64,000 nucleotides of DNA from Somniosus microcephalus. Taxonomy: Eukaryota. This document shows positions 1 through 13,118 of this stretch, piece after piece. The translations under genes and the position numbers were made by a program. Below the pieces are notes generated by a model, which made no database searches, had not been told where the DNA came from, and was given only the letters and a program-made list of their open reading frames with translations. Numbering within the stretch: the first letter of the stretch is position 1; each line of letters begins with the position of its first letter. The stretch lies in NCBI GenBank assembly GCA_052327205.1, contig CM126211.1, forward strand, positions 142,414,001 to 142,478,000. Reading direction: 5' to 3'.

Positions 1-597
1 TTGAGTTATAAAGAAATGCCTAATTTCCAACTAACATAATTTGAAGATGTAAATTAACGTATTTGAGTTGATTGAGAAGTTATCCTGATAACATATCTGT
101 TGCATTCTCTGTGATTTTTAAAGATAGATTTACAGTAAGTTACAGAGAAAAGCCTTTTTCTAATTAGTTTAGTCTGTATATGTAAAGTCAGATTAATTTA
201 GCAGACATCTTTGACATATTATCCATAATAGGATTGTAATTGTGTTCTCAATGATTTATAAAGATAGGAATTATGGTTTTAATGATTAATGAGAATACAA
301 AAGTGCTTGCACCAAATTCCCTTTATTTCCTTCGAAAGTAAGGAATTAGAAATTTGAGAAGAAATTGCTACCATTTAATAGGTTAATGTTTTTGCATTTT
401 TAAGCTAAGGCAGGTGATTTACTGTCTCAAGCCACAAATTAAAAACTAGCATTGACAAAGGATAACATTTTATTTATTCTATGATAAAAAAACAGAACAT
501 ATGTTCATCTATATGACACTGAGAAAAAGGACCCTTCCCCCAAAGGGAGATTACACAATACGGTAATATGTAGAGAAAATAGACTGTAACCAACAAT

Positions 598-1364
598 CCT
601 TCTTCTTAGGCAGTCCCTTGGAACCGAGGATGACTTGCTTCCACATTAAAAATGAGTTCTCAGGTGACTGATGAGTCCAATGCGGGACCTACAGTCTCTG
701 TCACAGGTGGGGCAGACGGTAGTTGAAGGGGCGGGTGGGTGGGGTGCTTGGGTTGACGTGCGCTCCTTGCGCTGCTTGCGCTTGGCTTCCGCTTGCTCCG
801 GTGAAGAGACTCGAGGTGTTCGGCGCCTTCCCGGATGCTTCTCCTCCACTTTGTGCGGTCTTGGGCCAGGGATTCCCAGGTGTCACTGAGGATGTTGCAC
901 TTTTTCAAGGAGGCTTTGAGGGTGACTTGAAGCTTTTCCTCTACCCACCTGGGGCTCTCTTGCCATGTCGGAGCTCCGAGTAGAGCGCTTGTTTGGGAGC
1001 CTCGTATCGGGCATGCGGACAATGTGGCCCGTCCATCGGAGCTGACCGAGCGTGGTCAAAGCTTCGATGCTGGTGATGTTGGCCTGAGTGAGAACACTGA
1101 CATTGGTTCACCTATCCTGCCAATGGATTTGCAGGATCTTGTGGAGGCAACATTGATGGTACCTCTCCAGTGCTTTGAGGTGCCTGCTGTACATGGTCCA
1201 TGTCTCTAAGGCATACAGCAGGGCGGGTATCACTGCAGCTCTGTAGACCATGAGCTTACTGCCGGGTTTGAGGTTCTGGTCTTCAAACACTCTCTTCCTC
1301 AGGCGACCGAAGGCTGCACTGCCACACTGAAGGCAGTGTTGGACTTCGTCATCAATGTCTGCCC
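598..1364 (-). mobile_element. RTE-clade LINE, 5'-truncated 3' fragment (frameshifted ORF C-terminus)
   Basis: Minus-strand ORF pieces KLMVYRAAVIPALLYALETW...LERYHQCCLHKILQIHWQD, TWESLAQDRTKWRRSI and a terminal C2H2 finger CPTCDRDCRSRIGLISHLRTH, typical of RTE LINEs; short (AAG)n tail near 600. Confidence 0.85.
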
Positions 1365-1809
1365 AATACAGCTCAAAACAAAGCTGAGACTGAAGTGCCT
1401 GAGATGGGTCTACTGGAACATAAGGAGCAAAAAGAGTGGGAGGAAAATTTAGCAGTAATTAAGTACAAGGTGACTTTAATCTTCTGAAGTTCTTGAGAGA
1501 ATTAGTCAACCATTTCAGACCAGAACATGAAATTACCGGAGGCAGATAAGCAGATCAAATGTTGTGAAGAAAATATAGCAATGCGGTGATGCAGATAGTC
1601 TTCTCTAGGTCTGCCTCAACATTAACATTTAGTAGACTGAAGTTTTAAGCCATAAGCTGAGTTTGAACAGAGATGGATAGCAGAAAATAAAGTGTACATT
1701 TGCACATCCATCAATATCTGGATTTAAAAAAAGTAATGAGAAATAAATTCACCCTTTATATTCGCTTAATTGTTAAGTGCAGTACAATTGTTTTCATAAT
1801 TTCGTCTGT

Positions 1810-2215
1810 TTTCTTCCCTTACTCTTCCTCTCTTGAAAACTGAGGTACAACTATAGGTGGTAATCTCATCCATGGGGTACTTCTTCACGTGTGAGGCTGA
1901 ATGTTGAGTATGCCAGGCTGTTCAAACAGAGAACCATTACAGTTACTTTGATGCTTTCATCACCAGCCAATTATAAACACTCTTCCATCAGGGTACACTG
2001 GACCACAGTGATCAGGAGTTGGAACCTTGGTTGATTTGCCCTTCCCTTGTTTAGGATACTGAGGCCAATTGCAGCATTCCAATTGTTTAGTTGATTAAGA
2101 TGGTTGACAATGATTAACACAAGCACAGACCAGGAATCAAATGAAAAATGTTCTTAGTTTGCATGGGTCAGCATGCCAGAACATAATACCTTTTCATAGC
2201 AAACTATTGGGAGAA
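1810..2215 (-). mobile_element. Degenerate tRNA-derived SINE (tentative)
   Basis: Decayed tRNA-head-like segment on the minus strand near 2120-2215 (ttgattcctggtctgtgc resembles a B-box region). Recognised only by resemblance. Confidence 0.3.
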
Positions 2216-2379
2216 GGCAAGTTTCAACAATTGGAGAAGTTTTGAAAACCAGAATTGAAAGGTCAATGGTGTTGCTGTCAGTTAATTTTTCTGCACTATT
2301 TAGTCATTTCTTGAATAGCTTTCATACACTCAGGAAAAAGGATCCATGTTCTGAGGGTTACATCAAGTTTACATTGAAT

Positions 2380-5080
2380 CTACAGCACATAAACAGACCA
2401 TTCGGCCCAACTGGTCTATGCCGGCATTTATGCACCACACCAGCCTCCTCCCACTTCTCTTCATCTAACCCTATCAGCATACCCTTCTATTCCTTTCTCC
2501 CTAATGTGCCCATCTAGCCTCCCCTTGTGCATCTATGTTATTTGCCTCAGCTACTCCTTGTGGTAGCACGTTCCATATTCTTACCACTCTTTGGGTAAAG
2601 TTGTTTCTCCTGAATTCCCTATTGGATTTATTATTGATTATCTTATATTTATGTCCTCTAGTTTTGGACTCCCCCACAAGTGAAAATATTGGCCCCAATC
2701 TTGATTGGGGTGGGTTTTCCGAATGGGGGAGAAGAGCTGTGGTCAGGAAGCCCGACAGCGTGCGACATTTATTCCAGCAGGTTCCCCACCCGAAGCCAGT
2801 TTGATTGACAGGCTTGGCTTTTTGTCAGGCTGTGAGCACACCGAAGGAGGCCGCAAGCCAGGAGCAGATAGGGAGCCTGCTGCTGGGGTAGTGGTAGCAT
2901 GGGGGGGTGCCCGAATCTTGGTCGGGGGGGGGGGAAATGGTGGGGTCCGATCTGGGGCGGGTCCGATCATTGGGGGGGGGGGGGCGGGGGCGGTGGTTGG
3001 CAAGTGGGTTGGTTAAAACCGGAAGTGGGTGGGTTGACAGCAGGTTGGGTTCGAGTTTGAGATTTTTAACATTTTCACACCCTACCCAACCCAAACGCAC
3101 CTGTTTTTGGAGGTTAAATTTTCCGTCATTTTCTCTACATCTACCCTATCAAAACCTTTCATTATCTTAAAGATCTCTATCAGATCACATAGATCTCTAT
3201 CAGAACCTTTTGCTCCTCTACCCCATTTAGACTCTTACTATCCAAGCAATATGTGGCCTCTTTATTCTTCTGATCAAAATGCACCACCTCATGCTACCAC
3301 TACCCCAGCAGCAGGCTCCCTATCTGCTCCTGGCTTGCGGCCTCCTTCGACCTCATGCTTATCTATATTGAAATTCATTTACCAATTACACGCCCATTCT
3401 GCAAGTTTATTAATGTTCACTTGTATTTTGTCTCATTCTTCCTTTGTGTTAATTGCATCCTCCAATTCCTTTTGAAATCTATGTTGACTAGTCTTTATTA
3501 TATTTTTGGTTTCTAGATGTTTTTAAATTACATCTTTGAGTAAAGATTTCATTATCTTTCCTACCACCGATGTTCAGCTTATTAGTCTTTAGTTCCCTGG
3601 ACTTGTATCTCCATTTTTAAATATAGGAATCATATTAGCTGTCTGCCAATCCTTTGGCACTATTCCCTTTTCTAATGATTTTTTATATATTTATAATAGT
3701 GCCTCTGCTATCTCTTCCCTAACTTTTAATATGCATGGATGCAATCCATTCAGACCAGTGTTTTATCATCTCTAAGTTTGATTATTAACTCCACCATTTC
3801 TATCTTAAATGTCATTGCATCATTTTTGATTACTTCTTCTAATATCATGGCCACCTTGCAAGTCTCCCTGGTAAATACTGAGGCAAAGTATTTATATCAA
3901 TGTTGCTGCCATTTTGCTGTCATTACCTGTGAGTTTATCTTGTTCATCCCTTATTGGTCCTATGCAATCCTGATTTTTCTTTTGGTATTCATGTGTCTGT
4001 AGAATGCTTTACTATTTATTTTTATATTCCTTGACAATTTAATTTCATAGTTTGCTTTCCTAATGATTTTTTCTGACTTCTTTCCCAACCTCTTTGTATT
4101 CCCTTTAGTCATCCTTTCCTTTATTGTCTATATACTTAGATTATGCCTTTTTCTTTAGTTTAAATTTTACCCTTGTGTCTATATTCATCCATGGTGTTTC
4201 ATTATTGGCTAGCTTGTTCCTTTTTTTTAGAGGAACATGTTTTTCCTGAACTCTATTGATCACCATTTTAAATATAAACCGCTGTTCTATCTATTTGTCG
4301 GTCAACATTTTTTTCCAGTTTACCTCCCCTAGTTCCATTCTCATCTTCACAAAATTATCTTTTTTTCCAATCTACTACTTTGGTCTTTGTCTTAATTACA
4401 TCTTTTTCAATCATTATTTTAAACTATATTATGATATGATTGCTATTGCCTAGATGTTCCCCTACACTTACTTCTCTTATCTGCTCTGGTTCATTTCCCA
4501 TTATTAGAACCAGCAGTGATTTGTCTCTGGTTGGGCTTCTTGAGTACTGGGTAAGAAAGGGGTCCTGTACACACTGTAAAAACTACATTCCCTTATCTCC
4601 TTTCCCTGCCTCTTCTTGTCATTTTATTTGGGATTAGTTGAAATCTCCCATGATTATTATTCAATGTCCTTTTACTTATTTCATAGGTTTGCCCACATAT
4701 TTCTTCCTCCGCTTCCCTTCCACTATTCGGTGGTCTGTAGAATATGTCTATTAACGTGATTAATTCCTTTTTATCCTTTGTCTCAATTCAAATGGATTCT
4801 GTTTCTATCTTAATATTAATTATGTCCCTTTTTTCTATTGCCATTATGCTGTCTCTAATTAGTACAGCTACCACGTCCCCCTTCTTCCTTTCTTATCCTT
4901 CCTAAATACATCATACCCTGCAATATTTAACTGCCAGCCCTGTTCTTCATGTAGCCATGTTTCAGTTATTCTTACTACATCTGGCTCATTGCTACAAATG
5001 ACTGCTTCCAGTTCCCCCATTTTGTTTTGGATACTGCGCATGTTGCTGTACAGGCAATTTAATTTGTCTTTACCTTGCAC
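2380..5080 (-). mobile_element. Degenerate CR1 LINE (ORF2 remnants), interrupted by a MITE
   Basis: Minus ORFs LVGESKTRGHKYKI...FTQRVVRIWN (CR1 C-terminus, 2501-2698) and LNCLYSNMRSIQNKMGELE...ITETWL...WQLNIAGYDVFRKD (APE N-terminus, 4868-5080). Confidence 0.8.
2691..3127. mobile_element. Harbinger-type MITE inserted in CR1
   Basis: ATT on both flanks (2688-2690, 3128-3130); CR1 sequence rejoins across it; shares ttaaaaccggaagtgggtgggttg with the element at 5558-6641. Confidence 0.6.
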
Positions 5081-5557
5081 CTATCAGATTCATCTTCCTT
5101 ATAAAACCCCACAAGGCAGTCAAATTACAATTATATGGTCTATGATCGTGAACTGATCTAATGTGGAACAAAGGTCAAGATCTAAAGAATTTTTAATAAA
5201 TAAACCATAATTTTTTTTGGTTTACATATGATCCATAGAAAATAAAATATGAGAAGATAATGGGCACTTTAACGAGGATAACTAACAATTCTCATTGTAC
5301 CTTTCCATCCAGCTCTTTTTCCTAGGCCAGTCTTGGTCATTGTGCATAAGCATGGACAATCATAATATGCTTCACTCCTGTATCTATCAATATTAAAAAC
5401 TTTTAAACAATATATTTATAACCTTTTGCTGTAATTAATTGAGCTCAATGTTTTAATCACAGACAGAAGCATGGAATGAGAAAAGGCTACTCAGCTATTG
5501 AATCTGTTCCATAGACTATGTACAATTTACCAGGTTCTAGATTCTACCCAACTTATT

Positions 5558-6641
5558 GGCTAGAATTTTAATTTGGAGGTGGGGAGGGAGCCGGGGTGGG
5601 AGGCTGGCAGTGATAGGGAAACCCGGGAGAACGGCTTTCCCGTCGGCCCTGCCAAATTTAATGGCAGGGCCTGATTAGTAATTCGAATACTGTTTCCTGC
5701 CCGCAGCCAGCTAGATGGAGAGGCTGGCTGGCTGTCAGCCAGGTTGGTCTGCGCACCAGGCCATAGAGAGGAGGGTGGGAGGGAGGGGGAGGTCGGAAGG
5801 CCAGGAAGGCGATCAGGGACCAGAGGGTGGTGGTCGGAAGGCTGGAGGGGGATCAAGGGCCGGAGGGTGGTGGTCAGAAGGACGGGGGGGCGGGGGGTTT
5901 GGGGGCGGGAGGGGGAGGCCACAAGGCCAGGAAGGTGATCGGGGGTCAGGGGCAGCAAGGTTGGAAGGCTGAGGGGGGCGTGGAGGCCTTGCGGGGAGAT
6001 CGGAAGGCTGGAGGGGGTGGGGATCAGGGGCCAGAGGGGGATGTCAGAAGGCCGGGAGGGGAGGTCGGAAGGCAGGAGGGGGAGATCGGAAGGCTGGGGA
6101 GTGGAGGGGCGATCGGTAGGCTGTGGGGTGGGGGGGAGTGGATCGAGAACCGAAGTGGGGAGGGAAGATTAGAGATCGGAGGCCTTGTGGCAGAATGGGG
6201 CAGGGGGCATGGTCGGAGGCCTGGGGTGGGGGGGATGGTCGAGGGGAGATCAGAAGGATCAGGGGAGTGTCCGTTTTCAGGGAGTTGGCAAGACAGGAAC
6301 ACTGGATCCAGCAGGTAAGTGGAAACGCACTTACCTTCTGGATCCAGCAGTCCTTGCCTCCCTTTAGCTGCCGCGTTCCCCGAGGCCTGGGAAAACCGCA
6401 GGCCCACAGTTAAATTTAAAATGGTGGATCACAATGAGGCCACAGCCTCAATCTAATATTTAAAGTGCCAACCTGCCTCCTGCAAGCAGGTTGGCTGCCC
6501 GCCCCCCATCCCCCGTCCCACCTCTTAAAACCGGAAGTGGGTGGGTTGGAGGCGGGTTGGGGTTGGGATTCAGATTCTTAGCTCTTTAACCTCCCACCTG
6601 ACCCCAACCACCCACCTATTTTTGGGGGTTAAATTTCCCCC
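5558..6641. mobile_element. Harbinger-type non-autonomous element with G-rich internal repeats
   Basis: GC-rich block in AT-rich flanks, degenerate termini (ggctagaatttt...aaatttccccc), right arm homologous to the 2691-3127 element; imperfect repeats such as ggggagatcggaaggctg at about 5770-6260. Confidence 0.55.
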
Positions 6642-8467
6642 TATTCAATCCCCGAATAAGAATTTTGCAAAATTTCTGACCATTCCATCAGAATATCTAT
6701 CCCTTTCTATGATCTACATCATTCATGTCACTGTATTCCACAGAGTATTTGAATATCTCTGTCTATACTTATCCTCATCAGTACCATTTCTAAACAGATA
6801 TTTATCCAGATCTTTTTTAAAAGAGTTAAGTCTGCTGTCTGTTCCTGAAATAATTATTTTTAAACAAGCAAAACATACTTTATTTTCAAAAGATTAAATT
6901 ATTTCCACTAATCATATACATAATTAAAATTCGTAAAAATACATTTTTATGTTTTGAACTTTGGCATATCTGGGTTAGTGGACAAAATGATTTTTTAAAT
7001 TGAGAATCCAAGGCCCCTTGTGCAAAAGCTAGCAACGTACAAAAATAAAAGAGCACACAAGTTAAGTCAGAAAATAATAATTAGGTTGACACCAAGGTTG
7101 GATTTTAAAAGCCTGAAGATTGTAGGAGGAAAAATAGATTGAGAAGGTAAAGAATTCTGCAGTTTTGAGGTCACGGGAATGAATGAGTTAGAGTAGGAGA
7201 TTGTGTGGTGAAGTTTGACTGCAACACTGTTGCGATGGAGGGAGGGAGGGCAGAAGAGCAAGTTTGGAGTTTAGAAGAAAGAGAGGAAATTGCACAGAAG
7301 CTCTGACCACAGTAGTATTTATATAAAGCAGGGAATCAAAAAAAGTTGCACCAGAGAGAGAGATTGGATGCTCCAGCAGAGAGTCAGATTGCCTCTCAGC
7401 TTTCTTTTGGCATCGGAGGTTAAAACAGTTAGAGAGCCTTCCCGGATATGAAAGCAATATTCTAGCCAGGGACTAATTGGGCTTGATAGAGAATTGTGTT
7501 GTTGTGGAAGAAAATGCCGTTTGGCACTGAAGAGAAAACTGAGCTTCTTGGAAGCTGCTACAACAATGTAGGAGGTGTGGGAGTTTCATTTCAAGATGAA
7601 ATGAAATAATGAGGTTAAAAATGTTGACTGATAAAGAAAGACTGGGTGGAACCAGGAGAGGTAAGAGGCAATAGTATGTGTTAGTCTTATGAGACACATG
7701 AAGAAACTGGCAAGGAATTTGTTCTTCTGCACTCACCAGCCTGCAACTTCCTGTTCATTCATTTTATTGGGCAGAAAAACACGGGCTGGGATGTACAAAA
7801 GTGGAAAATCTTCACTTGTGTCTCTAAGGAACTGTAAGGAACAAGAGGGCCAGCTTTCCTCTATGGCTGCCTGTTGGATGCCAATAGAGGAACATTATAG
7901 AGGATCCTGTAATTTTCCTTCCTTGGACTATTTATATGCCCTTGGAGCACAAGGGCTGTCCCTTGCCTGAACCTTGCACTTGAAAATCAATCGCTAAATC
8001 TGAGCCTAGTTGCAGGCCTGATGGGCCTGCAGCTGTGCTCCTGGCTGCTGCCATTGGGGTTATAGTTTATCCTTTTGTGTGGTGAGGGGTTGGAAACAAA
8101 TTTTATACTCTTTCATCTTTCACCTGTCCCCGGGCTCCCACAGGCCTTCCAGCCTTCAGTAGTACTGGCAGGGGCATCCAATGCTCATACTGAGGTGGAA
8201 GATCAGACACGCCCCCTCCTACTTCATCATACTGTTGAGATAAGTACTACAAGCACAGGCCTACTGATGTCACCTGGGAAAGATCCAGGATATCCCAGCA
8301 GAATGCAAAAGGGACAGAGACCTGTTGCAACAGCTCTTTTTCATCTTTACTGTATCTGGGGAATGCTAATTTCCCAGCTGCAATGAAGAGAAAAATCTAA
8401 GGTAAGATTTTCATTATCCCATTGAACAACTTGAATGAGATCAAGATGTGCGATTTCAGATATTATA

Positions 8468-9089
8468 CAGGTAGACTATCCTTTATCCGAAAACCTCGGG
8501 ACCAGCCGTGTTTCGGTTTTCGGGAAATTTCGGATTTCGGAAGGTGAGCGAAAACACTTCGGTTTTCAGAGTAATTCGGTTTGCGGGAGTGCGGATAAAG
8601 GATACACTATCCCGTATCCGAAAGGGTCGGGGTCGGCGGGGGGGTCGTGGTCGGTGGGGGGGGTCGGCAAGGGTGGGGGTCGGCGGTGGTTCGGCGGGAG
8701 TCGGGGTTCGGCGGGGGGTCGGGGGTCGGTGGGGGTCGGGTTCGGCGGGGGGGTCAGCGGGGCGTCGGGGGTGGGGGTCGGCGGGGGTCGGGGTCGTGCG
8801 CACGACTTACGCTGAGCGATTTCGGTTTTCAGAAGTCATGCTTTGTGCCACTTTCGGCTTTCAGAGGTTTTCTGGTTTCGGATGTGCGGATAAAGGCTGG
8901 TACACTTACGCTGAGCGATTTTGGTTTTCAGAAGTGCGGAAAAATGCTACACTATCCCTTATCCGGCTAGGCCTGTAAGTCGTGCGCCACTCTGGTCATG
9001 TCGTGCGCACGACTTACGCTGACCGAAAAAACCTTCGGTTTTTAGAGGGTTTCGGTTTTTGGAAGTTCGGATAAAGGGTAGTCTACCTG
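8468..9089. mobile_element. Tc1/mariner (pogo/Tigger-like) MITE
   Basis: TA TSD (8466-8467, 9090-9091); TIRs CAGGTAGACTATCCTTTATCCGAA and TTCGGATAAAGGGTAGTCTACCTG; no coding capacity. Confidence 0.85.
8622..8796 (+). repeat. (GGGGTC)n-like G-rich degenerate tandem repeat inside the MITE
   Basis: Visible ggggtc / ggcggggg units. Confidence 0.85.
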
Positions 9090-10539
9090 TACTGTAAAAT
9101 GATTGGAGATTGTGAACACTGAGAGTATGTGGTCTGTAGTACGGTGATGAATGTAAAGTGAAACAATCGAGAAGAGTGATTAGGGTTGGATGATAACTGG
9201 AAGAGATCATTAACCTGAAGTAGGCCGAGGAAAAGAGAAAAGACACATTCTGGGGAAATCCCTGAGTTAATGGCAAAAATAAAAACAGTCAGAGTATGAT
9301 CCATCCATTACAGTAGAGGGATTTGAGAACTAGATAGCCACAAAGATCGCTTTAGTGGAAGACCAAATGATGGTAACCATCTTGGTATTGCATGTTGACA
9401 GATTTTGATAAAAGCTTTGAAGATGTCCCAGGCAATGACAGATGACTTATCAAAAATATTTAACACCAGAATTCCAGAGATGTACACATCGGCAAGAAGT
9501 TCTCCAGGTAATGATCAATGTAAGAGGTGAGAGAGTTGTACTTGAGGTTGGAGAAGATGATGAGGTCAAGAATGTTGACAGATAAAGAACGACTTAGGAT
9601 GCAGTTATCAAACATAAGAGATGGTGGGGTTGATTTGTGTCTCCGTTATGCCCCCTTAACAACTGTGCATGGGACAGATTGAAGGGAAAATTGGGTAGCG
9701 ATCTATTATGACTGAGATCAAGATGTAGTCATTCATCCACTGCACTGCGAGAAGATTGGTTGTATGTACAGAGGGCAAGCAATCTGAAGGAAGTTGATGA
9801 ATGTAGAATGGATTTATAAGCAAAAAAATGGATAGGCTTGAAGGAGATCAGTAATGTGAAGAAGAAACAAAGCTGGTGAGAGAATAGATCCCTGCAGAAT
9901 CCATAAGTTAATGGAGAAGGAATCAGAGGATGAACCATCAATGACAGCACAGGTTGTGATTTTAGAGAGGATCATGTACATAGTTTTCATGGGGGACCAT
10001 ATGATAACTTATTCAGGATTGTATATTGCTAGACCTTAGCAGAGATAATGATAGATGATTCACCAAAGTGTTCATGATTTCTAGCAGTGTGTAACACGTG
10101 CAGCAAAAGAAGGAAAGAAAGGCTATGGCATGAATCATGATTACAAATTAAGCCAAAAATTTCAAGGTAGTAAAAATTTAAAGGTTAGCAGCAGCCCCTA
10201 TAATCTGAGAAAGTAACAATGTTAGCATAGCATAGTTAGTTAGCATAGCAGCTTGAAGGATAAGGAGATTCCTTTCTTAAGGGCAGGTGAATATAAGCAC
10301 ATTTGGTAAGGGTATACAAAGAAAGCAACTGCATATATAAAGTTCCTACAAAAGGTAGTTTGTATTAGAGATTACAAACACTCTTATTTTTACCAATTTT
10401 GAGGAGTTAGCATAATCTTACAACTACTGTAAATATATATTGTATGACTTATTTGTTTGTTTATGGATCAATAAATTTGGCAGCTAAAGTCTATAACAAG
10501 GTCTATTGTTACTCTGCCAGTTCTCAGAAGATGAGAATA

Positions 10540-11410
10540 ATTCTATGGAGGAACAGGATATATCCAATATAGACAGATTAAATGTGAAAAACTGTGACAG
10601 ATGGAGAGCAATGTGGGCAAGTGTGAGGTTATCCACTTTGGAACCAAGAAAGATAAATTGGAATATTTTTTTGATGGTGAAAAACTAGGAACTGTTGATG
10701 AGCAAAGGAATTTAGGTGTCCATGTACACAAATCACTAAAAGCTACTGCACAGGCACAAAAAGTATTCAAAATGGCTAATGGAATATTGGCCTTTTTCTC
10801 AAGGGGTCTGGAATAAAAAGGGGACGAAGTTATGCTTCACTTGCACAGAGCCTTGGGCAGACCCCTTCTGGAGTATTGCATTCAGTTTTGGGCACTACGC
10901 CTCAGGAAGGATTATATTTGCCTTGGAGGTGCACAGGGCAGATTTACCAGAATGATACCAGGGCTTAAAGGATTAAATTATGAGTACAGGTTGCATAAAC
11001 CTGGCTTGTATCCACTTGAGTTGAAGGTTAAGGGTGATCTATTTGAGATGCTTAAAATGATAAAGAGATTCGACAGGGTACATACAGACAAACTACTTCC
11101 TCTGGTGGGGAAATCCAGAACAAAGGGACATAATCTTCAAATTGGATCTAAGCCATTTATGAGTGAAAACAGGAAGCACTTTTTCACACAAAGGATAATG
11201 GAAATCTGAAACTTGCTCCCCAAAAGGCTATGAATGCTGGGTCAATTGAAATTTTCAAGACTGAGATCGATAGATTTTTGCTATGTAAGAGTATCAAGTG
11301 TTGTGGAGCAAAGGCGGGTAAATGGAGTTGAGGTACAGATCAGCCATGATCTTACAGAATGGCAGCACAGGCTCGAGGTGCTGAATGGTCCATCCTGTTC
11401 CTATGCTCTT
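10540..11410 (+). mobile_element. CR1 LINE 3' fragment
   Basis: NVGKCEVIHFG, LGVHVHKSLK, LLEYCIQFW, SRTKGH, FFTQRIMEI, followed by a CR1 3'UTR ending in cctgttcctatg. Confidence 0.85.
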
Positions 11411-11894
11411 AATAACTTAAGAAATCTGAGGATATATTTTGGGCTTGCTATTAATTCCCCCATAACAGGCGGGGTAGGGTCAGGTAGAGAGTTTAAATCA
11501 TCAAATGCGCAAAACGTGACCCTAATCCGCCGTGCACATGCCCGTTTCCGTTTTTGACGTGGTGAATATTGGGGCTTCTGAGTATCCCGCTCTGGAAAGG
11601 CAGGTCCATTATTAACATATTTAAATGAGGCTCCTATCATGCAATATTGAGAGAGCCTTAGATTTAACGCATGCTGCATGGGTTTCCTGGGGTTCGGGAA
11701 ACTCGGCAGTGAAACTGAGGTGAGAATGACCTGCACTTTATTGGGATGCTTAAAGATCAGGAGGCCCAATGTGAATAAAGGTTCAGTGCTCACAGCTGCT
11801 TTCTCAGTTCCCTCTAGGAAATGGTTTGGTGAAAGCACTTGTTGTGAGAGACTTGATTGTACAGTTTAGAGGTGTTCACACTGAGAACATCAGG

Positions 11895-13055
11895 ATGGGT
11901 GGCACCATGGCTACTTTAGATTGGACTTCGGTTGAGGGAGACAATCAACATCATCAGCAGCAAGGGCCTGCTTTGGAGCGAGGATACATGGACAACAGAG
12001 AGGGGAGCAACAGAATGGTTGAGGTCGTAGGAGGCACTGCCCACCTAACAGGATCTACAGACAGAGGTTCAGCTTCCTTGACTCCACGGAAGCGTGATGC
12101 TTCTGAAGGCTGAGATTGTCACATCAGGTGGTTGCAGATATCTGCAACCTCCTAGAAAAGACCTGCTACCTGCTGAACCTGGTGGCCACGTATTACCAGT
12201 GGCTGTGAAAGTCACCACCGCCCTCAACTTCATTGCACCTGGTACCTTCCAGGGAAATACTGGAGGTATATCCAGGGCCTTGCAGTATAAATGCATAAGG
12301 CAGGTAGCAGATGGATTGTTTACCAGGGCTGGGAGATATTTAAACTTCCCCTGTGATGACAATAGCCAGAATGAGCGGGCACTGGGATCTGTGTCTCTGG
12401 CTGGCTTTCCACAGTGCAGATTGCCATCGACTGCACACACATGGCAATTTGAGCAGCTCCCAGATCAACCAAAGGTATTCGTCAACCACAAGTGATTTCA
12501 TTCCATCAATGTTCAGCTGGTGTGAAACCACAAGAACAGGTTCATGCAGGTCTGCGCCAGATTTCCTGGGAGCTGCCATGATGTTTTCATACTGCGGCAG
12601 TCTATCATCTCCGACCTGTTCAGACATGGAACCTGCCTTAAAGGGTGGCTGCAAGGCGACAAAGTATACCCACTTCAAACTGGCCGATGACACCTCTGAG
12701 GAACCCTACCAATGAACACCAGGAGCACTACAACGCAAGCCATATGACAACCAGATATGTCATCGAACAAGCGCTTCAGGTGCCTGGACAGGTTTGGAAG
12801 CACCCTTCAGTACTCACCAGTGAGGGTCTGCAGGATAATCGTTGTGTGTTGTGTTCTGCACAACAGAGTGCGGCAGTGAGGACTAGAGATGCAGGAGGAA
12901 CAAGCTGTGCCGCACTCCTCATCTGGTGAGGATTCCAATGGAGAGGAGGAGGACGAGGAGGAGGAAGAGGAGGATTGGGTGCCCAACGCCAGACCAGCCG
13001 AGCGTATTGCTGCTCAGGATGGCAGGGATGCCCTAATAGTTCAAAGTTTCAGTTA
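11895..13055 (+). pseudogene. Harbinger DDE transposase pseudogene
   Basis: Motifs across frames: VAVKVTTALNF, AGFPQ, AIDCTH, SINVQLV, FPGSCHD, GDKVYP, TRYVIEQ, acidic tail; many frameshifts and stops. Confidence 0.8.
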
Positions 13056-13118
13056 ATCACTCACACTGGACCAAAGTAACAATCATTTAGGTACTTAATT
13101 CAAGTCAAAATGACTTAT

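Larger units (their letters stand above)
7050..10250 (-). mobile_element. Highly degenerate L2/jockey-like LINE remnant (interrupted)
   Basis: Minus-strand RT motif remnant VIAWDIFKAF (about 9411-9440) and decayed RT-like sequence at 7050-7700 and 9090-10250; boundaries approximate. Confidence 0.45.

Noticed and set aside
5560-6413. Gly/Pro-rich ORFs (also 2705-3170 and 8435-8978)
   Set aside because: By-products of G-rich low-complexity MITE interiors.
8115-8345. Possible ancient Harbinger transposase remnant on the minus strand
   Set aside because: Only a faint LLG.PG-like resemblance; too decayed to support.
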